A stretch of 64,000 bases of DNA from Klebsormidium nitens. Lineage: Eukaryota > Plantae > Klebsormidiophyceae. The DNA lies in the NCBI GenBank assembly GCA_000708835.1, contig DF237044.1:124001-188000 (forward strand), written 5' to 3'. How positions within the stretch are numbered: the stretch's first letter is position 1; the number at the start of each line of letters is the position of its first letter. The translations under genes and the position numbers were made by a program. Positions 56,801-64,000 of the stretch are shown piece by piece. The notes under the pieces are model-generated. The model made no database searches, was not told the origin of the DNA, and saw only the letters and a program-made list of their open reading frames with translations.

Positions 56801-58951
56801 GCGAGTCGCTGCAGAAGCACGCGGCCGACCCGCGCGAGTACGTGTACACCAAGGAGCAACTAGAGAAGGGGCAGACGTACGACGAGCTGTGGAACGCGAG
56901 CCAGCACGAGATGGTGCACCATGGCAAGATGCACGGCTTCATGCGGTGAGGGTAGGACGTACTTTTGCCGCTTGTGATTCTTTGATTATACTATGGATGT
57001 ACGTCCCATTTGAGAAGTACACGCAAAATAGCACCGGCAAGATGCACGGATTCATGCGGTGGGGCGATAGGGATTTGTTGATTCCACTCCGGAAGTGCGT
57101 TCCACTCGGAAAGTATACGCAGGGTAGCCACGATGAGTCACGACAGGATGCACGATTGTATGCGGTGAGGGCAGACGCTGCGATTGTGCGTGTTTGAGTT
57201 CGAGTCAAGAAGTATGCGCACAATTAGCGACATTCACCATGGCGAGATGCATGGTGAGAACTGTGATGTTTGGGATCGAAGATTCGGCTTGTAGCAAACG
57301 TGTGCATTGCTGACGACGTTTAACGCCTTGTTTATCATGTGGAAAAGGGCTAACTTAAGAAAGCAGCTCGAATCCCCCGCACAGCAACACAACTCTGTGC
57401 TTCACAGCCAGATTCGGCATGTATGCAAAGACACGTAGTTGCCGCAAGCTACACACTAAATATTCTGAGGCTTGAAGCGATCCGGGGTGTGTTTTGAAAC
57501 CCTAGTTCACGTCGCACAGAGACTAGTACAGTTTAATTCAAGGTTACAACGCCCTGCAATGGACCAGGACCACTTCGAAGCGACGAAGCTCAATTTTGCA
57601 CCCGGCCCCTTGAACCGGGCTCCTTGCTGACTTCGGTCTGACGTCAGCTTCTTCCCCCTTGCAGGATGTACTGGGCGAAGAAGATTCTGGAGTGGACTCC
57701 ATCCCCCGAAGAAGCCCTGGCGATCGCTATCGAGCTCAACGACAAGGTTTGTAGTCCTGTTTTGTGCACTGATTGGTGACGGAGACGTGTCTGCCAGTGA
57801 TTTCTGACTTTCTGCTTGTTCTGATCTCTTCTGCTTCCTGGTTGTGAGAAACTACTTAGACTGGCAGCGTTTCTTTCTCTTCGGACCTTTTGAACTCCTC
57901 ACAAGAGCCCCTAGGTTAAAATACGCCGTTTGGAAAGAGTGAGAGTTCATGAATTAAGGGCAGAGAAGACCTTCGCACCGCATTCTTCGCAAGGTCATTT
58001 GAAGCCGCGAAAATTGAACTGGAGAGTTCTTGCGATGCGTGCAGTACCAGATCGACGGCCGAGATCCCAACGGTTATGTCGGCTGCATGTGGTCCATTGC
58101 GGGGCTCCATGACCGGGTTAGTGAACCCCGTCCTAATCCATTTATTTCCGGCCCGGTTTTCTCAGTTTTCTTTCCACTTTTCTTTGCAGTACGAGATTGA
58201 CGGCCGGGACCCGAATGGGTACGTCGGCTGCATGTGGGCGATCGCCGGTGTCCACGACCAGGTGAGGTCAGCAGTGACGTCACGTGTGCCTTGCTTGAGC
58301 TTTTGACACAAGGCACGTACCAGGCGCGGTGAGGTTCCGCGTCGACCAAAAGCTGCTTGGCTCGCCAGCTTCGCATCTCCGGTCCGCGTACAGCTTTGTA
58401 CAGTACCGCTGCGGCTAAAATCTGTACTCGGTCTGTACTTTTGATATTACGTGATCGATTGAAGCGTTCTCATTGGTTCTGACGACCGGAGATGAGCGCT
58501 CAGCCCATTCCGGTCAACGCGGAACTCAGGGTGTAAGCTCAGAAAGGTTCCGCAGCTGTTGGACTGTGGTCGGATGGAGCGCTTCTGCGATACAACAGCT
58601 TTTGGATTTTGAACGATACGCGAAGCTCTTGCACGCAGGTCCGACCAATATAAGAGTGTCGAACCGATTGAGAACCACGCCCCTTGTTACCGAAGGACTT
58701 GCCGAACCACGGACGAAACTTGATTGATATCTGGATGGACTCTTGAATCCAAGTTCGAAGCCAAACTTCATATTTCGTGTTTGTAGGGCTGGGGCGAGCG
58801 GCCAATCTTCGGCAAGATTCGGTACATGAACTACGCGGGGTGCAAGCGCAAGTTCAAGGTCGACAAATACGTGGCTTACGTCAACAAGCTGATGTCAGAC
58901 TTGAAGACGAAGGGGAAGAGCTCTGCAGCGCGCGAGAAGAAGCCCGTCTAG
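50813..58951 (+). CDS. PHR1: Class II CPD photolyase, 687 aa from the first ATG
   Basis: Exons 50813-51736, 52189-52376, 53295-53454, 54664-54837, 55686-55814, 56776-56945, 57665-57746, 58190-58261, 58787-58951. Motifs [110 protein letters not shown]. Confidence 0.96.
52714..53261 (+). repeat. Four intronic copies of the photolyase exon-3 5' portion
   Basis: Starts at about 52714, 52857, 53017 and 53160 (core ACCAAGGTCCACCGCAAC). Live exon at 53295. Confidence 0.92.
54073..54585 (+). repeat. Four intronic copies of the photolyase exon-4 acceptor and first ~22 codons
   Basis: taagc(a/g)g| starts at 54084, 54205, 54364 and 54517. Live exon at 54664. Confidence 0.92.
56080..56645 (+). repeat. 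Five intronic copies of the photolyase exon-6 branch site, acceptor and 5' edge
   Basis: Starts at about 56099, 56218, 56336, 56476 and 56607, each preceded by a (g)ctgacgtcac-like motif. Live exon at 56776. Confidence 0.88.
57030..57257 (+). repeat. Three intronic copies of the photolyase exon-6 3' edge and donor
   Basis: ATGCG|GTG ends at 57058 and 57164, and CACCATGGCGAGATGCATG|GTGAG ends near 57252. The live donor follows 56945. Confidence 0.82.
58045..58116 (+). other. Complete duplicate of photolyase exon 8 with both splice sites (candidate mutually exclusive exon)
   Basis: gcag|[24 protein letters not shown]|gttagt, 72 nt, phase 0/0, no stop. The live exon is 58190-58261. Confidence 0.8.
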
Positions 58952-59962
58952 AACGAATACTTGTCTTTTAAATTGGAAGCAATCTGCTCCTATACCTAGT
59001 TGCAGTGGATGATGTGAAGAGTTGCGTAAAAAAGCTGTCGTGTACAGTCTGTCAATGCCTGTTTGCCCGGCACCAAATGGTGGTCTGACATCTTTCACGT
59101 GAGAGTCAGTTGATAAGCTTGATCTGGAACCATCAACAACTGACATTACAGTGCGCCTAGTATTAGCGTCACGCTCAGACAAACGTTCCGCTTCTTGAGA
59201 CAACAAACTAAGCAAGCATAAGTTGACAGTCACGATGCCATGTGAGATCGTTGGGCAGGAAAACATATTGGAATTGAACTCGGGACTTTGAGCAGAGGTT
59301 ATCCATGAGCATGACGCAGGCTAAATTTCGACGTCTGCAGAAATTGAGCACGCTCTTTGTTTCTGTGTCCGGCCGGGGCCCCGTAATTCGCATTGATGCT
59401 TGCGCGCGCAGTCACTCATGCGCATTGATGAGTCGTTTCGATTGTGCGCGGCGCACCTTCGGCGATATTTTTTTGCGGGCCGGAGCCCCCCGGCCCGCAT
59501 ATGTATTGCAAGGCGCTAGACGACGCGCGGTACCTTTCACCATGCAGGCATGTGCTGATCCAACATGACCCAGCGTCGCAGCGCATCAGATTACCATATG
59601 TTATCATGATGCAAGCTTACATGCAGGCTTTGATTAGGACATATGTCCGCTAGCTCCGTCGATAAACATGTGCGCTTAATCAGCTATATGTATGCGCACT
59701 TTCAGGTCGTCACCCAACCGTCAGGTTAGAGATACTGGGAGTCCATTTCAACGAATCCGTCAAATATAATCATTCAATCCACGTCATCCTGAATGTATAA
59801 TAAAACATTTGAACTGGGCGTCACGTTGACATTCGGCATTAAGGAGATCTTGCAAGGATAGGCCATTCGACTTTTTATCGAGCTAGCTACAGACGTTTGT
59901 TTCTGAAGAACTCGGTAGCCATAAGATAGATGCAGCAAAACTGGCCCCATAGCTCACCTTCT

Positions 59963-61354
59963 TTAACGTGCAAAGTTGCTATACAGTCCCCAGCCGTGTC
60001 TCTTTCTCATGTTTGCCTCAAGTTCTTTGTCCTGGTGATCGATGAGAAACTCCTTGTATTCCAAATCGTCTGCATTCGTGCAAAAGCTCTCAAGATCTCT
60101 CATGACATAGTTGAAGTCCAGCAACGCCATTGTTTGATAGAAAGGCTTTGTTGGATGTATGCCGTCTCCGTGCTTCACTTGCAGCCACACGTGTCTTTTG
60201 TCCAGATACTTCGTCAATCTATTGGCGTCGACTACTTTCCACACTTTGTTGTCAGCAAAGTGCCGTTCCTGAATCCTGACAAAAAGGTCCGTCCGCTCGT
60301 TTCGACGGATTGGATCGAGGTAAGGGAATCGTTCCTCGTCGTAAGCCGTCATCGTATGATAGATAAACTTGGTCAAGGGGAGCCCTGTCGTCCCGTTGAT
60401 CGCCCGCGACGCGTTTTGTTGCTCAAGTATCTGCGTCACTTGGATGGTCAATTTCTCCAAGTCATTCTGATAAGACAGTTGGCCTTGCCCATAGAATATG
60501 TGATGCAACCCCATGTTGAATATGACCGCATACGGCTGGACCGAATCCGGCTGAAAGAAGGAGTCGCTGTAGCGTAGAACTTGGATGATGAACTGGGACC
60601 CGAAATATGTGATACAGAAGTCGAACGCCCCGTCTTCCAAGTTTTCCTTCACGAGCTCGCGAGTTCGCTTAGGATCCCAGTTCTGATCGTCCAATGTCCA
60701 AGTCTTACAGGCGCCTCGCTCGAAGCCCGTTCCATTTCGAGGAGCAGACGATCGGCAACAAACTCCGGTCACGAAGTCACGCACGTTCTCCCCACCCAAA
60801 TCGTCAACCATCGACAAGAACTGGTAACGAAGCAGAGAGTCACCCATCAAATGCAGCCAAGCCTGGCCTTTTCTTTTAGCTAGAAAGCTTCCCAGGTCGG
60901 CAATCGTTTTGTACTCCAGGTTGCAGTTCACTTTTTGGACCTGGTCCAACGATGTAAGATTCGCCACTTGAAGGATATCACACGGCACCAAGCAAGTGTC
61001 CTGCTCGACCCCATTGCTTTTGGAGCACCCTTCTGATACTTGGCTCGTAACCCTAAACCTGCCTAGCAACGTCGGCAGAAGAATGGAGTCCGTGGAATAC
61101 ATGTAGTCGCGACTCACGAGTCCAACGAAGAACATTACGAGCCCTGCAGATATCACAAATTTGTCATTGCAATGGTTTTTCGAGAGCTCTGGTAAGCCGT
61201 CCTTGCCGCGTTGCGTTTGAAATGACAAGAATTGTTGCCTAAAAAGTACGCAGGGATGAAGAGGTGACAGGTTCACAGTTGAGTCTAGTGCTCGATCAGT
61301 GAGTGAAGGCAAAGTACTCAGCGAGACTCGTTCGCATGTTCTTCCTTTCGTCAC
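59963..61354 (-). CDS. SGNH-hydrolase/PC-esterase-like type II membrane protein; 5' end uncertain
   Basis: Uninterrupted 463-codon ORF with an N-proximal hydrophobic segment (FVISAGLVMFFVGLV), LMGDSLLR (GDS), IFNMGLH and DGIHP (DxxH). The annotated ORF start is GTG, so the true start is either the internal Met or an upstream exon. Confidence 0.7.
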   Translation of the reverse strand: MTKGRTCERVSLSTLPSLTDRALDSTVNLSPLHPCVLFRQQFLSFQTQRGKDGLPELSKNHCNDKFVISAGLVMFFVGLVSRDYMYSTDSILLPTLLGRFRVTSQVSEGCSKSNGVEQDTCLVPCDILQVANLTSLDQVQKVNCNLEYKTIADLGSFLAKRKGQAWLHLMGDSLLRYQFLSMVDDLGGENVRDFVTGVCCRSSAPRNGTGFERGACKTWTLDDQNWDPKRTRELVKENLEDGAFDFCITYFGSQFIIQVLRYSDSFFQPDSVQPYAVIFNMGLHHIFYGQGQLSYQNDLEKLTIQVTQILEQQNASRAINGTTGLPLTKFIYHTMTAYDEERFPYLDPIRRNERTDLFVRIQERHFADNKVWKVVDANRLTKYLDKRHVWLQVKHGDGIHPTKPFYQTMALLDFNYVMRDLESFCTNADDLEYKEFLIDHQDKELEANMRKRHGWGLYSNFAR

Positions 61355-64000
61355 ATTTCAGCAAAAAGTGAAACTTTGTTTCCAACTGTTCTGGGATTGG
61401 TTTGAAAATGCTTGTGCAGAGCAATCGTTCTAGGATTAAAACAGAGTCTGTTTTTCAGGACCAGAGTTTGACGTTGTCCTTTCGAGAATGACGAAGAAGG
61501 GTAAAAGGAGTTTCTTACTTTCCGGAGTTTCTTACTAATCGGAGTCAAATGGAGCTTATACAGCTCTTATTGAGCCTTCCAGTTTTGATGCATCTTATGA
61601 AGACCATCCATGATTCTGAAATGCATGAGCGCCTATTGCAAAAGTTCTGCGGTCATCTCCATGCTCTAGGCCAAATGATTTGCAGCTGCCTTTGTTTTAC
61701 CTATGATTCCTTGCTATTGAGGAGATTACCTGGTCCATCTGTTTTCCGATCTAAAAGGAGACACGGCTCTTTTTGAGAGGAGGTCTGATCAACGTCATCT
61801 TACCTGCGGTTCCAGCTAACGAGAGACTGATGGCGCCGGCCCCCGTTCCTACCATAACACACAAGCTCTAGAATGAGAAGGAACCTCCGAATCGAACTTC
61901 CCGATCAAATCTCTACTATTGACTGCTGCCTTGAGTTTGCAGTCATAGTTGACCAGCAGAAGCCTTTTAGCAAGCAGGACGCAAGCAGCCCCTTTTTGGT
62001 TCTAACAAACCGAGTTGATCAATTTGGAATTGCCTAGTGATCATGGAAGGCGAGAAGGCGCGCTGCGCCTCTCTATATAGATCCCTCACCCTCCTCGTTG
62101 AATGATGATAGAAAACGTTGCTCACTTCTCAAAAGGCCGGCAGACTGGCAGATCTGCTTGATGTGACCGGATGAATCTATTATAAGTACAGGACCTCGTA
62201 CTCTGATACGCATACTCTGAGCTATGGCTTGATGGACCTCAAAAGCGTTTTGAGCCGGCGGCTGCGGTCGACATGATGTGACGGGTCCGTACATGTCGGG
62301 GGGGCAACTAAGTCGAAGTCCGTGTCCACTATTTCTGTTTGCAGGCTCTTGCTGGCTTGCGTTGTCGATTTGACTGCATGCAACACTGGTTCCAATCAGT
62401 GACGATCTGGACCGCCCGGATAATTCGACTTCCCCTCTGCGTCACTTGCCTATCCATGATTCGTATGCAATCAGCAAGGATCTAGGATTCACTCTGCATT
62501 TTTCTGCATGCATCATTCTGCATCCCTGTTTTCCCAATCGCTGCGCGCAATTACAAAAAGCAGAAACGACGCGTCCGCATCCGATAGATGGAGTCTCAGC
62601 GCCGCCTGCGGGCACAAGTTTCTAATCGCCAACATGAACGCTCTCTGCATCAGTCTAGAGCGTCACGTGCACCCAAGACCAAATCACACAGCAGAAGCTG
62701 CTCCGAAATGACGAACCTGAGTGGACGTGACGCGGAACCACTCTGCACACTTGCCTGGGCACCACGTCGAAAACTAAAGGCACCGCCTGCTTAGTATCCC
62801 CAGCCTTACACGTCACAGATCTTATCTCCGTTTCTCTGCGCTGCATCTGCATTCCTCGGACGTACAACAGATCATTAATATTGCACGACGTGATAAGTGG
62901 CGCCGAGTCGGATTGGTCTACTCAAAACTTCCATCCGCCTGTATCAAGGACCCTTCGAACTAACCCCGCCTCAAGTCAACGTTAAGGCACCACTTTGACG
63001 ATGAAAGACCTCTATTCCCTCCTACGTCCGTTTCAGCTTCCTTAACCTGATTTCTGCCCCCCCCTCATTTTTCAACGCCGAAATAACGAATTAACGTCGG
63101 ACCGCGGCGGATCTTGGTGGGTTTGGGTCGTACGCAAAGGTTGACTCGAACAAAACAAAGGGGAAGGGCCCACCTTATAACCAAGGGTCGAAACCGCGAG
63201 CCCTCGGACAGCCAACTCGGGGTCGGACATCACCTCCCGGGGTCTGGACAATCTCTCTCTTTCTGCTAACAAGTCCCTTCCCCCCAACTCCAGCGTCCCC
63301 TCCAGCGATCTCTACGACTCGTCCTCAGAAACGCAACCAACAACTTAGAATCCTTGCTTAAGCAGACTGGAACCCCGCTCCCGACCCGGCAGATCCATGA
63401 GGCCGAGATGTCGGAGGAGCTCCGGAAATGTGCATCCCCGTTGCACGGTATAATCTGGCCTATCTCGACTCGCTCCACGTTCTGACGAACGGAATCACGG
63501 CAATACGGGCACAGCGACTTGAAGGCTAACATCAGAAAGACGACGAAACGCGTCATCAGTCCGTCCTTGCGGCCCAGAAAGGGAGCGGAGAGCTTCTTGT
63601 TCTTGCGGCAGATTGTTTCTCATCCGACCTTCAAGGTTTCCCAGGAGTTCATCTTATAGACTGAATTCGAATACCGATTGTGCTCTCTTTTCGCACGCCG
63701 TCACTAGCCAATGCAGCCGCCCATAGGCTTCATGGCCACTTCATCACGCACTTGAGTCAGCGCGGCGCCGCGTCGCGAGAATCGAAAATTGCGGGCTGCC
63801 ATGTACAGTGGCCCTTGGCAGCGCGGCTCAATCCCACTTGGGTGAGATTGAGGCCGGGCCGGCCTTGATTGCATGGCACGGGGCGCGCGGCGCGCTGGCA
63901 ACCAGCAAGTCTGGTCGAATCGTTTCCTTGGCTTGGCGGTGAGAAGGAATGATCAATCTGCATGAATGCGTTTGTGTCATGCATGCCAGTATATTACGTA

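Noticed and set aside
59474-59519. Helitron 3' end (perfect 10-bp GC stem 59474-59499 followed by CTAG at 59516-59519)
   Set aside because: The base after CTAG is A rather than the expected T, and I found no matching 5' end or Rep/helicase remnant. Kept only as part of the palindrome island.
63266-63660. Minus-strand Cys-containing ORF, possibly gag or zinc-finger-like
   Set aside because: It is short, has no complete CCHC motif or RT/integrase nearby, and no splice model supports it.

Overview
Intron-rich (GT-AG) green-plant nuclear DNA. The gene content and intron style fit a streptophyte alga such as Klebsormidium; this is inference, no search was run. I built phase-consistent exon models by hand for a four-CRM-domain plastid splicing factor (CFM2-like, 8311-21510 +), an aldo-keto reductase (28458-37347 -), two DnaJ-type zinc-finger proteins, protein kish, PSA3, the lipid-import ABC ATPase TGD3 and a class II CPD photolyase (50813-58951 +). 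There is also a 5'-truncated ankyrin-MYND gene, a large-exon SGNH/PC-esterase-like ORF and a few weak hypothetical genes. The main unexplained signal is a set of 'splice-junction echo ladders'. In four unrelated genes at least 14 intronic tracts carry 1-6 tandem, decaying copies of the adjacent exon edge together with its splice site, mostly spaced about 90-190 bp apart. The best-preserved copies differ from the live exon mostly at synonymous positions (46 synonymous vs 9 amino-acid-changing codons in six hand-aligned blocks), which simple neutral decay of a duplicate does not predict. Some copies are frame-intact candidate alternative or mutually exclusive exons. Secondary signals: palindrome-rich islands at convergent gene ends, a possible kish/DnaJ-ZF bicistron, a two-start photolyase, a GC-AG intron and a palindromic branch-site motif.
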